From contig JAJNQB010000006.1 in NCBI GenBank assembly GCA_021155045.1, positions 126,832 to 190,831 of the forward strand: DNA of 64,000 nt, given 5' to 3'. The notes under the pieces are model-generated. The model did no database searches, was not told the origin of the DNA, and worked only from the letters and a program-made list of their open reading frames with translations. The DNA is from Arcticibacter sp. Lineage in GTDB: Bacteria; Bacteroidota; Bacteroidia; 2-12-FULL-35-15. Position numbers and translations under genes: made by a program. Every line of letters begins with the position of its first letter. The first letter of the stretch is position 1. Shown one piece after another: positions 19,061 to 27,703 of the stretch.

Positions 19061-21469
19061 TTATTTAATAAATTTTTTAACAACAGCACCTTTTTGATTT
19101 TCTACTTTAATAATGTAAACACCATTAAAGTTTTCTGGTAAAGCAACAAATACACTTTGGTTGCTAGCCTGTACAGAAAGGTTTTCGATAATGTTTTGTC
19201 CTAAAATATTTGTAACACTTATAGTAGTATTGTATGTTTCATCAAAGTTGAAATAAACTGTATTTCCATTTGTGTTCTGTAAAATTTGAATATTGTTTTC
19301 AATAGTGTTAGCAATAGAAGCAGCACTAATCATTGATTTACAATTTCCATTTTTAGAGAAGTGTAATATAAAACGATTTTTGTTGTCGTTTGTGTTGTAA
19401 GAAAATGTATAAGAGTTTTGCTCGTTAAGATTAATAAAATTATTTAGTAATGCATCTTCCAAAACAACACATGAATAATCTCCTACAAATTCCAATCCTT
19501 TTGCATCAATTGTAAATGTTCCATTTAAAATTGAATTTACTTCCAGTGGAATAGAATATTCTTCATTGTAAGAATTAAAAGTGTTAATTACCGATTTTTT
19601 CCCATCAATTGAACAAGTAATGCTTGGTGCTTCTTTTACTGGACTTTTTCTGAACGGATGATCCTCGTTCATATCAAATCCATTTGAAGCAGTATTGTTA
19701 GCAGCAAATTTAATCGTATGACTGTATTTACTGTTGTTATTTGTTAAATCAAGCATAAAATAAGGCTGAATAACATTCATATTCCTTAATGAGCTATTAG
19801 AAGAAGCTGTTTTTGCAGATTCATTTATTATTAGTGTTGGAGCACCTGTTGAATAAACCCAAAAACCTTGCCCTGCACCAATTTCTGTTCCAGCACCAAA
19901 AGTTGAATAGTTACCAACTGTGTAATCAAAAACATCATACGTTCCGCTTAAATTTGAGGAAGCTGCTAGTACAGAATTCCAGGAAATACTAGATGCAAAT
20001 GGATTTCCAACCAAATTAGAGCCAGCATTTGAAAAAGAAACTAAACTACTTAAATTTTGGTCGCCTTGGTTTGGAGTTCCCAATGTTGTAAGGGTTGTAT
20101 TAGGTAAATCAGCATAATTATAATCACCAGAAAGATAAACTTCATAGCCTTTGCCTGGTGTTAAAGCTGTTGTGTTGGTTGTGATAGCTACAAAATCATC
20201 CAAAGGCTCACTATAAGAATATTGAGTTGGATAGCTTGCAGGGGGAGCATATACATAGTACCTTGCAGGTAATTCTGCATCCCAATCAGCAAAGGTAGAT
20301 GCTTGAACAGGCGAAGCCATATCAGCCCATGTTGCAACTCTTGAGTTAATGAATCTCTGTATTGTAAAACTTCCAGAAATAGCACCTGTTCCAGTAATAG
20401 GAGCAATTCTTGCTGTTTGTCCAGCAGTTGATGTCATTGTAAAGCTAAGTCCATTAGTGTTAAATGTCCCATTGCTAATTGTTAGTACTTCATTCAAAAT
20501 ATAGGTTCCGCTCGAAAGGGAAACTCCAGAAGTATTATTTACAGCTAATCCTGTAAAAGTTGTTGTTCCTCCTCCAGAAAGGGTTTGTGCTGCGGATCCA
20601 TTAAAAGTAACAGTTCTTCCAGCACTTGCAGTAAAGTTTCCGTTCTTAACCCAATTTCCGCCAACGGTTAAATCAAAATTATTTGAATTTAAAGTGTTAT
20701 TGGCATTTATAGTTAAATTGTTTGCAACTATGGTGTTTGAAGGTAGTGTTTTTGTATTTGAAATAGTACCTGATAGTATAAGATTATTATAACCAGATGT
20801 TGTTAAAGGGATATTTCCATTAGTATTATATTTTAAATCAACGGTATTTCCAGATGCTGATGCAGTAAATGTTCTGCCTAACATAAAATTGGTTGCTGTT
20901 AGTGTAAGAATAGCGTTTGTACCATTAATAAAAGTTGCTCCAACTGCAGTAGGAACATTAGAAATTGTTAAACTCCCCAAATTAGTGACAGTTGCATTTG
21001 AAATACTAAAACTAGTTCGTTTTGTTATTGTTGTTCCTGCAGAAATAGTTCTAGATGACCCACTTGCAAAAGTATATCTAACACCTGTTCCAGATGATGA
21101 AAATGTACCACTACCAGAAATCGTTAATCCTGGGGTGTTGGGAAAAATGATTGCCCCATTGTTACCTGCTTCAGTACCATTTACAGTATAATTGCCCCAA
21201 ATTTGAAGAACACCAGGACTATTGACTGTGATTGTGCCTAAAACTGTTAATGCTAAACAGTAGCTTGATGTATTATTTGTAATGTTGTGGCCAGCTAAAA
21301 TAGTCAAGTTATCATCATAATCAGGAATTCCATCAGCATCAAATCCAACAACAGTCCAAGAAGCTGGGGTATTCCAATTGCCAGCTACAACATTAGAAGT
21401 AAAAGTTGCGGAATTAGAAATCAAGAATGAAAAAGTGGCAAAACAAAAAAGTAGGATAATTTTTTTCAT
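19061..21469 (-). CDS. T9SS-secreted surface protein (802 aa), truncated paralog of the 2123-aa adhesin
   Basis: Signal peptide. The segment 'FDLTVGGNWVKNGNFTASAGRTVTFNGSAAQTLSGGGTTTFTGLAVNNTSG' aligns with 'FTLGGIWTNNSTFTAGTGTVIFNGTVAQTLTGSVVTTFNNLTMNNTSG' of the giant protein. A second shared module surrounds 'PGKGYEVYLSG' / 'PRKGYWMYIMG'. T9SS CTD 'NGVYIIKVENQKGAVVKKFIK'. Confidence 0.8.
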   Translation of the reverse strand: MKKIILLFCFATFSFLISNSATFTSNVVAGNWNTPASWTVVGFDADGIPDYDDNLTILAGHNITNNTSSYCLALTVLGTITVNSPGVLQIWGNYTVNGTEAGNNGAIIFPNTPGLTISGSGTFSSSGTGVRYTFASGSSRTISAGTTITKRTSFSISNATVTNLGSLTISNVPTAVGATFINGTNAILTLTATNFMLGRTFTASASGNTVDLKYNTNGNIPLTTSGYNNLILSGTISNTKTLPSNTIVANNLTINANNTLNSNNFDLTVGGNWVKNGNFTASAGRTVTFNGSAAQTLSGGGTTTFTGLAVNNTSGVSLSSGTYILNEVLTISNGTFNTNGLSFTMTSTAGQTARIAPITGTGAISGSFTIQRFINSRVATWADMASPVQASTFADWDAELPARYYVYAPPASYPTQYSYSEPLDDFVAITTNTTALTPGKGYEVYLSGDYNYADLPNTTLTTLGTPNQGDQNLSSLVSFSNAGSNLVGNPFASSISWNSVLAASSNLSGTYDVFDYTVGNYSTFGAGTEIGAGQGFWVYSTGAPTLIINESAKTASSNSSLRNMNVIQPYFMLDLTNNNSKYSHTIKFAANNTASNGFDMNEDHPFRKSPVKEAPSITCSIDGKKSVINTFNSYNEEYSIPLEVNSILNGTFTIDAKGLEFVGDYSCVVLEDALLNNFINLNEQNSYTFSYNTNDNKNRFILHFSKNGNCKSMISAASIANTIENNIQILQNTNGNTVYFNFDETYNTTISVTNILGQNIIENLSVQASNQSVFVALPENFNGVYIIKVENQKGAVVKKFIK

Positions 21470-21635
21470 AGTGTAATAGTTTAATAAAAAATAATATATA
21501 AAAGTAGGTATTTTATTTCAAATTTTACTCCTAAAAATCTAAAATATTCTAACAATAAATAAAATAACTAATGTTAAGATATTTAATTTCTTTGTTTTAA
21601 TTATACGTTTTTAATATACACAAGGTTACATTTTA

Positions 21636-21668
21636 ACATAAATTAGATGGATATATTTTTTATATTTG
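21636..21668 (+). promoter_or_regulatory. candidate Bacteroidetes sigmaA-type promoter (-33 TTTTAA … -7 TATATTTG) upstream of wzc
   Basis: 'TATATTTG' at 21661-21668 matches the Bacteroidetes -7 consensus TAnnTTTG exactly. It lies ~35 nt upstream of the wzc start codon, with a T-rich element ~25 nt further upstream. Confidence 0.3.
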
Positions 21669-21702
21669 CACACTATATAGGTTATATAATTCGTAATATT
21701 TT

Positions 21703-24051
21703 ATGATAGAGAAAAGAAAAGATAATTTAATAGAAATTGAAGATTTAAGAAAATTTTTAAAAATTTTTTCTAGAAATTGGATTGTTATTTTATTATTTAT
21801 TTCAGTTTCTTTTCTCGGGTCTTATGTATATACACACAAGCTTCCCGATATTTATGGGGCAAAAGCTCAAGTTTTATTGAAAAATAACGAAACGTATGAT
21901 TATCAAAACCAAATTTATAAGGGAATTGGTTATTATGCCACTTATCAAGACAATGCAAATCAAATTAGAGTATTAACCTCGAATGACCTAATCGCTCAGG
22001 TTATTTCTAAATTAAATTTAGATGTTTCTTATTTTATTATCGGAAGATTAAAAAAAACAGAAGTCTTTCAATCTGTTCCTTTTGAGGTAAAAATAAAAAC
22101 AATAAATCCTGCACTTTATGAGACGCCCATAAAAATTACAATCATTGACGAAGAACATTTTTCTTTAAGTTATTTAAAGAATGGGAGTTCAATGACTAAG
22201 AAATTTATGTTTAACAAATCTATCGAGGATCAGGATTTTTATATGATTGTAGAAAAAAATTCAATCATAAACAAGAACTCTATAGCCTCTTTAAATGAAA
22301 CGGATTATGAAATAGTTGTTTCGTCAAATGCATCATTAGTTGCAAAGTTTAAGAATAATCTTAGGGTTAATGAGATTGAAAGCACCACTATTTTAGAGCT
22401 GTTTTTAGAAGACGAAATACCTCTGAGGGCAATCAGTTTTTTAGATACGCTATCAAAAGTTTACATAGATTATACTTCAAAGTCCCAAATTATTATAAAC
22501 AATAATACAATTGATAATATTGATAAACAATTAAAAGAAATAACAGATGTACTTAAATCGATTGAGGATGACATGGAACTTTACCGTTCCGAAAAAGGTA
22601 TTTTAGACATAAATAGACAGCAAGATAATTATTTTGAAAAGCTAATTGATTTTGACACCAAAAAACGAGAACTAGAACTTTGGTCACAATCTTTGGAATC
22701 TTTACAAAAGTATATTATTTCGGTAGGTGATATATCAGACGAAAAACTTTTGCCCCCATCTTATTATATTGAACAGGGGGACGATTATTTAAAAGCAGCT
22801 TTGGGTAAATTGTATACCCTTCAAATGGATAGAAACCAACGATTAAATGGTTCAACTTTAAAGAATAGAAATATAAATGAAATTGATCAAGAACTTGATT
22901 TATTAAAAAAGAATATTTTAACGTATATTGATAATTCAAAAAAAGGCTTGAAAGACAGAATAACAGATATATCTAAACAGATTCAAGAATATACATCCAT
23001 TATAAAAACTGTTCCCAAAACTCAAAGAGATTTATTAAATATTCAACGTAAATTAGATGTGAACCAAAAAATGTATTCCTATCTTTTGGAAAAAAGAGCG
23101 AGTACTTTAATAGCAAAGGCTGGTATTTTACCTGAAACAAATGTTATAGAAGCTGCTCACAGTGTTGGAATTGTTGCCCCGAATAAGCGAAAGATAACAT
23201 ATTATTTTTTAGTTATTTCTTTATTTATTTCTGCTATTATTATATTTATTCGTCAAGTTTTTTATTATAGAATAGAAAATATTAATGAACTTAAAAGGCT
23301 TACAAATATTCCTGTTTTAGGAGAAATAATTCTTAATGATGCAAATCAAGAAAATTATATAATAGTGGATAAAGAAGTAAAATCGGCTATAACTGAAAGT
23401 TTTAGAGCAATCCGAACAGGATTGGAATATTTTGCAAGCAGTAACTCTTCCAAAATTGTTTTGCTTACATCTTATAACCCAGGAGAAGGTAAAACTTTTT
23501 GTTCTGTCAATCTTGCAACAATTTTGGCAAAAGGCGGAAAAAAAGTATTGTTGCTAGAATTGGACTTACATAAACCTAAAGTTCAGAAAGCATTTGATAT
23601 AGATGTTTCTGAAGGGATAACAAATGTATTAATTGGTAAATCTTCTATTGAATCTGTTGTAAAACAAACACATGTTGAAAATTTATCAGTTATGTTGGCA
23701 GGGCCAATTCCACCGAATGCTTCAGAATTAATTTTGAGCAAACACCTTTCTGAAATTTTTAACTATGGAAGACAAAATTTTGATTACGTAATTATTGACA
23801 CTCCTCCAATTGGTTTAATAACAGATGCATTTGTTATGATTAAAGATGTGGACATATCTCTCTTTGTAATAAATTCAAAAGTTGCAAGAAAACAAATAAT
23901 AAATATTGTGGAAGAAATGGTTGAAACAAATAAATTTCAAAATTTTGCCCTCTTACTTAATGGTGTGAAAAGAAACCGATCAAAATACTATTATAATTAT
24001 GGTTATGGTTATGGTTATGGTTATGGAAATTCACCAAAGTCTAAAAAGTAA
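21703..24051 (+). CDS. wzc: polysaccharide co-polymerase / BY-family tyrosine autokinase (Wzc-like)
   Basis: N-terminal Wzz-like domain with TM segments. Walker A 'GEGKTFCSVNLATILAKGGKKVLLLELDLHKP' and Walker B-like 'VIIDTPP'. Tyrosine-rich tail 'YYYNYGYGYGYGYGNSPKSKK'. Confidence 0.85.
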   Translation: MIEKRKDNLIEIEDLRKFLKIFSRNWIVILLFISVSFLGSYVYTHKLPDIYGAKAQVLLKNNETYDYQNQIYKGIGYYATYQDNANQIRVLTSNDLIAQVISKLNLDVSYFIIGRLKKTEVFQSVPFEVKIKTINPALYETPIKITIIDEEHFSLSYLKNGSSMTKKFMFNKSIEDQDFYMIVEKNSIINKNSIASLNETDYEIVVSSNASLVAKFKNNLRVNEIESTTILELFLEDEIPLRAISFLDTLSKVYIDYTSKSQIIINNNTIDNIDKQLKEITDVLKSIEDDMELYRSEKGILDINRQQDNYFEKLIDFDTKKRELELWSQSLESLQKYIISVGDISDEKLLPPSYYIEQGDDYLKAALGKLYTLQMDRNQRLNGSTLKNRNINEIDQELDLLKKNILTYIDNSKKGLKDRITDISKQIQEYTSIIKTVPKTQRDLLNIQRKLDVNQKMYSYLLEKRASTLIAKAGILPETNVIEAAHSVGIVAPNKRKITYYFLVISLFISAIIIFIRQVFYYRIENINELKRLTNIPVLGEIILNDANQENYIIVDKEVKSAITESFRAIRTGLEYFASSNSSKIVLLTSYNPGEGKTFCSVNLATILAKGGKKVLLLELDLHKPKVQKAFDIDVSEGITNVLIGKSSIESVVKQTHVENLSVMLAGPIPPNASELILSKHLSEIFNYGRQNFDYVIIDTPPIGLITDAFVMIKDVDISLFVINSKVARKQIINIVEEMVETNKFQNFALLLNGVKRNRSKYYYNYGYGYGYGYGNSPKSKK
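24001..24026 (+). repeat. (GGTTAT)x4.3 in-frame hexanucleotide tandem repeat encoding the (GY)n tail of Wzc
   Basis: 'ggttatggttatggttatggttatgg' read directly from the sequence. Confidence 0.9.
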
Positions 24052-24057
24052 TCTATT

Positions 24058-24909
24058 ATGGATTTAAATGGCAATTGGGATGTTGTAATTCAACCAAGAA
24101 CTAAATCTTTTGATTTTGGATTAAAAAATGTATGGCGTTATAAAGATTTATTGTTTCTTTTTATTAGACGTGATTTTATTGCTTTATACAAACAAACAAT
24201 ATTGGGACCTATTTGGTTTTTTTTACAACCTGTTATATCTGCTTTAGTCTTTACTGTTATTTTTGGATATTTTGCTAAATTAGATACAGAAGACGTTCCT
24301 CCAATTTTATTTTATCTAGGAGGACTTACCCTTTGGAATTATTTTGCCGAGTGTTTAAGTAAAACTTCTGAAACTTTTATTCAAAATCAGAATATATTTG
24401 GGAAAGTTTATTTTCCAAGATTAATTGTACCCATTTCAATTATTTTGTCAACTATGTTAAAGCTAGCAATACAGTTTTTTGTATTTCTGCTTTTTTGGTG
24501 TTATTATTATTTTTCAGGTAATAAAAACATTAATCCACAGCTTACAATTTTACTTTTTCCTGTATTAGTATTAATAATGGCTGGCTTAAGTTTAGGTTTT
24601 GGAATTATATTTTCATCTTTAACAACTAAATACAGAGATATAAAGTTTTTATTACAATTTGCAATACAGCTAATGATGTATTTATCATCAGTAGTAATAC
24701 CACTTTCTCAAATTCCTGAAAAGTATAAATTCTTAATTAAATTAAATCCAGTTGTGGCGGTTATTGAAACTTTTAAGCATGGTTTTTTAGGATCAGGGAT
24801 ATTCGATTTTTATAATTTAGTGTATAGCTTTTTATTTATGATAATTACTATTTTTATAGGATTGTTTTTATTTAGTAAAGTTGAAAAATCGTTTATGGAT
24901 ACTGTTTAA
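24058..24909 (+). CDS. wzm: ABC-2 type polysaccharide export permease (Wzm/KpsM-like)
   Basis: 6-TM ABC-2 permease, 283 aa, immediately upstream of the ATPase. Confidence 0.8.
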   Translation: MDLNGNWDVVIQPRTKSFDFGLKNVWRYKDLLFLFIRRDFIALYKQTILGPIWFFLQPVISALVFTVIFGYFAKLDTEDVPPILFYLGGLTLWNYFAECLSKTSETFIQNQNIFGKVYFPRLIVPISIILSTMLKLAIQFFVFLLFWCYYYFSGNKNINPQLTILLFPVLVLIMAGLSLGFGIIFSSLTTKYRDIKFLLQFAIQLMMYLSSVVIPLSQIPEKYKFLIKLNPVVAVIETFKHGFLGSGIFDFYNLVYSFLFMIITIFIGLFLFSKVEKSFMDTV

Positions 24910-24922
24910 AAAAATGTAATAA

Positions 24923-26179
24923 TTGAGCACAGTAATTAAAGTAGAAAATATAGGAAAACAATACCGCTTGGGACAAGTGGGAACAGGTACACTTTCTCAT
25001 GATCTTAATCGTTTTTGGCACCGTGTGCGAGGCAAAGATGATCCTTATTTAAAAATAGGTGAAATGAACGATCGTTCTGTTAAAGGGGCAAGCGATTGGG
25101 TTTGGGCTTTAAAAAATATCAGCTTTGATGTGAAACAAGGAGAAGTACTTGGCATTATTGGTAAAAATGGAGCAGGTAAATCTACTTTATTAAAACTTTT
25201 GTCTCAAGTTACACTGCCTTCAGAAGGTAATATTAAAATTAAAGGCAGAATAGCATCCTTACTTGAAGTGGGTACAGGGTTTCATCCAGAATTAACAGGT
25301 CGCGAAAATATATTTCTGAATGGGGCCATATTGGGAATGACCAAAGTCGAAATAAAAAGTAAGTTGGATGAAATTGTTGACTTTAGCGGAGTTGAAAAAT
25401 ATCTGGATACTCCAGTAAAACGTTACTCTTCAGGAATGATGGTGCGTTTAGGTTTTGCAGTAGCAGCACATTTGGAACCTGAAATTTTAATTGTGGATGA
25501 AGTGTTGGCAGTTGGAGATGCGGAGTTTCAAAAAAAATGTGTTGGTAAAATGAAAGATGTGAGTAGCGCAGGAAGAACTGTTTTGTTTGTAAGTCATCAA
25601 ATGGGAATTATAAATCAATTATGTGATAGAGCTATATTGTTAAAGGCTGGAAATATATTTGCTGACGGGGCAACAAAAAAAATAGTTGATCAGTATTTGA
25701 ATCTGGATGGAAATGATGCACAGTTTATTTATACCTGTACTCCGGAAAATTTGAAAAAGGAGAATGTAATTACAGAAGTAAGACCTTTAAATTTAAAAGG
25801 AGAGGATACTTCCAATTTTTCTTTTGAGGAATCCATTTCAATGCAAATTGTTTTTAAGGCAAATAGTCAAATTTCTGGGCTTAAGCTTGGGGTGGCTTTA
25901 ACTGATAATGTTCAAAACAGGGTTTTTACAGTTGTAAAAGATGTTGCTGAATTTAAAAAAATAAATAATACATATAACCAAAAAGTTATCTTTCAACCAG
26001 GGATGATCGCCCCAAATAATTATTCATTTATCATTGCTCTATTCGTTCCTGGAAAGCAAAATTATGAAGTTGTAGAAAATGTTTGTCCAATAAAAATTCA
26101 TGATGATGGTTCAAAATTAGCATTGTTCGAAGGACAAAATTATGGAAGCTTAATTATGAAAGAAATTTGGGAGTTATAG
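24923..26179 (+). CDS. wzt: polysaccharide ABC exporter ATP-binding protein with C-terminal extension (Wzt-like)
   Basis: Walker A 'GKNGAGKSTLLKLL', signature 'YSSGMMVRLGFA', Walker B 'ILIVDE'. An additional ~170-aa C-terminal domain, as in Wzt proteins with a carbohydrate-binding module. Uses a TTG start at 24923; the upstream ATG at 24914 is followed immediately by a stop. Confidence 0.85.
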   Translation: MSTVIKVENIGKQYRLGQVGTGTLSHDLNRFWHRVRGKDDPYLKIGEMNDRSVKGASDWVWALKNISFDVKQGEVLGIIGKNGAGKSTLLKLLSQVTLPSEGNIKIKGRIASLLEVGTGFHPELTGRENIFLNGAILGMTKVEIKSKLDEIVDFSGVEKYLDTPVKRYSSGMMVRLGFAVAAHLEPEILIVDEVLAVGDAEFQKKCVGKMKDVSSAGRTVLFVSHQMGIINQLCDRAILLKAGNIFADGATKKIVDQYLNLDGNDAQFIYTCTPENLKKENVITEVRPLNLKGEDTSNFSFEESISMQIVFKANSQISGLKLGVALTDNVQNRVFTVVKDVAEFKKINNTYNQKVIFQPGMIAPNNYSFIIALFVPGKQNYEVVENVCPIKIHDDGSKLALFEGQNYGSLIMKEIWEL

Positions 26180-26195
26180 TTAGAACAGGAAGAAA

Positions 26196-26813
26196 ATGAT
26201 TAAAAAATTTTTAAAGAATATTTTATTGAAAATTATTTCGGCTGAAGAAATTTCCTTGCTATTAAATCAAAGTAGAATTAATAAGTGTAGTAGGAATGTT
26301 ATTCTTGGAGAAAAATCTTATTTTTATAGCGAGGCAAAAGTGTTTAATTTTAGAAATGTTAAATCCGCTATTGAAATAGGAAATGGTTCACATATTAGAG
26401 GTGAGTTGCTAACATTTGCTAGTGGAGGTAATATCAAAATAGGCTCTGATACTTATATTGGAGAAGGAACAAGGATTTGGTCTGAAAACGAAATAATTAT
26501 TGGAGATAATGTATTAGTATCTCATAATTGCAATATTATTGATACTGATTCCCATGAAATAGACCATGATATCAGAGCAATTAATTTTAAAAAGATGGTT
26601 GAAAAAGGGCATTCAAAAGAAAAACGGGATGTCGCAACTCGACCGATTTTTATTGGAGATCATGCATGGATCAGTTATAATGTATCTATATTAAAAGGTG
26701 TAAAAGTTGGTAAGGGAGCAATTGTCGGAGCAGGAAGTGTTGTAACCAAAGATGTATTAGACTTTACTATAGTTGCAGGTAACCCGGCTGTTTTAATAAA
26801 AAATATAAAATGA
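26196..26813 (+). CDS. hexapeptide-repeat (LbH) O-acetyltransferase
   Basis: Left-handed beta-helix repeats 'IGDNVLVSHNCNII', 'IGDHAWISYNVSI', 'VGKGAIVGAGSVV'. Confidence 0.8.
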   Translation: MIKKFLKNILLKIISAEEISLLLNQSRINKCSRNVILGEKSYFYSEAKVFNFRNVKSAIEIGNGSHIRGELLTFASGGNIKIGSDTYIGEGTRIWSENEIIIGDNVLVSHNCNIIDTDSHEIDHDIRAINFKKMVEKGHSKEKRDVATRPIFIGDHAWISYNVSILKGVKVGKGAIVGAGSVVTKDVLDFTIVAGNPAVLIKNIK

Positions 26814-27703
26814 AAAAAATAACAGATAAGCTAAAGAATAAGGCAGCCAGTATACTTCCTTCCTTTTCTAAACCACTTTCATTGGAAGAAAAGGTAAATA
26901 ATTACGTCAATGCCGGAAGAATCCCCTGGTCTAAAGGGTATGAAGAATACAAGTATCAGTTTATTAAAAATGAAATTAATTCTACTAAATCCCTTTCGTT
27001 TTTTAAAAACAAATCATTGCCTGATAACTATGCTGTTGGTTTAGATGAAAGAAGTGTTGAATATCCGTGGATATTTTCAAAGATCTCTGAAAACAAAAGT
27101 ATAATTCTTGATGCCGGTTCAACTTTTAATTTTGATTTTGTAGTTGAGCATCCTCAAATCAAAAAGAAAGATCTAACTATATATACTTTTTATCCTGAAA
27201 AAAATTGTTTTTTCAAAAATAGAATTAGTTATGTTTATGGTGATTTAAGGAATCTCTATTTTAAAGAAGAATCTTTCGATGAAATAGTATCCCAATCGAC
27301 CATAGAGCATATTGATATGGATAATTCTATATACGGTTATGACGAAAAAAATACAAAGGAAGAAAAATCTTATGAATTTTTAAAAGCAGTTAGGGAAATG
27401 TTACGAGTATTAAAACCTGGAGGAAAACTATTGATCACATTTCCGTTTGGTAAATATGAATATCACGGTTTTTTTCAACAGTTTGATGATGAAATGTTAC
27501 AAAAGATACTTAATTTGTTTCTTGATAGAGGAAAATTCATAGTTGAATTTATAAAATATGAAAAAAGTGGTTGGCGATTTGCTACTAAGGATGAATTGTC
27601 TCAAATAGAATCGTATAATCCTCATACTGGAAAAGGCAAAGGTATTGATGGTGCAGCCCATTGCAGAAGTATTGCTTGTATAGAATTCATAAAAAACTGT
27701 TAA
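26810..27703 (+). CDS. class I SAM-dependent methyltransferase
   Basis: Motif I-like 'IILDAGS', 'FDEIVSQSTIEHI' and 'LKPGGKLLITFP'. Confidence 0.55.
   Translation: MKKITDKLKNKAASILPSFSKPLSLEEKVNNYVNAGRIPWSKGYEEYKYQFIKNEINSTKSLSFFKNKSLPDNYAVGLDERSVEYPWIFSKISENKSIILDAGSTFNFDFVVEHPQIKKKDLTIYTFYPEKNCFFKNRISYVYGDLRNLYFKEESFDEIVSQSTIEHIDMDNSIYGYDEKNTKEEKSYEFLKAVREMLRVLKPGGKLLITFPFGKYEYHGFFQQFDDEMLQKILNLFLDRGKFIVEFIKYEKSGWRFATKDELSQIESYNPHTGKGKGIDGAAHCRSIACIEFIKNC

Noticed and set aside
24914-24925. An ATG at 24914 as the wzt start
   Set aside because: It is followed immediately by TAA. The Wzt N-terminus (STVIKVENIGKQY) is only in frame from the TTG at 24923, so the TTG start is retained.
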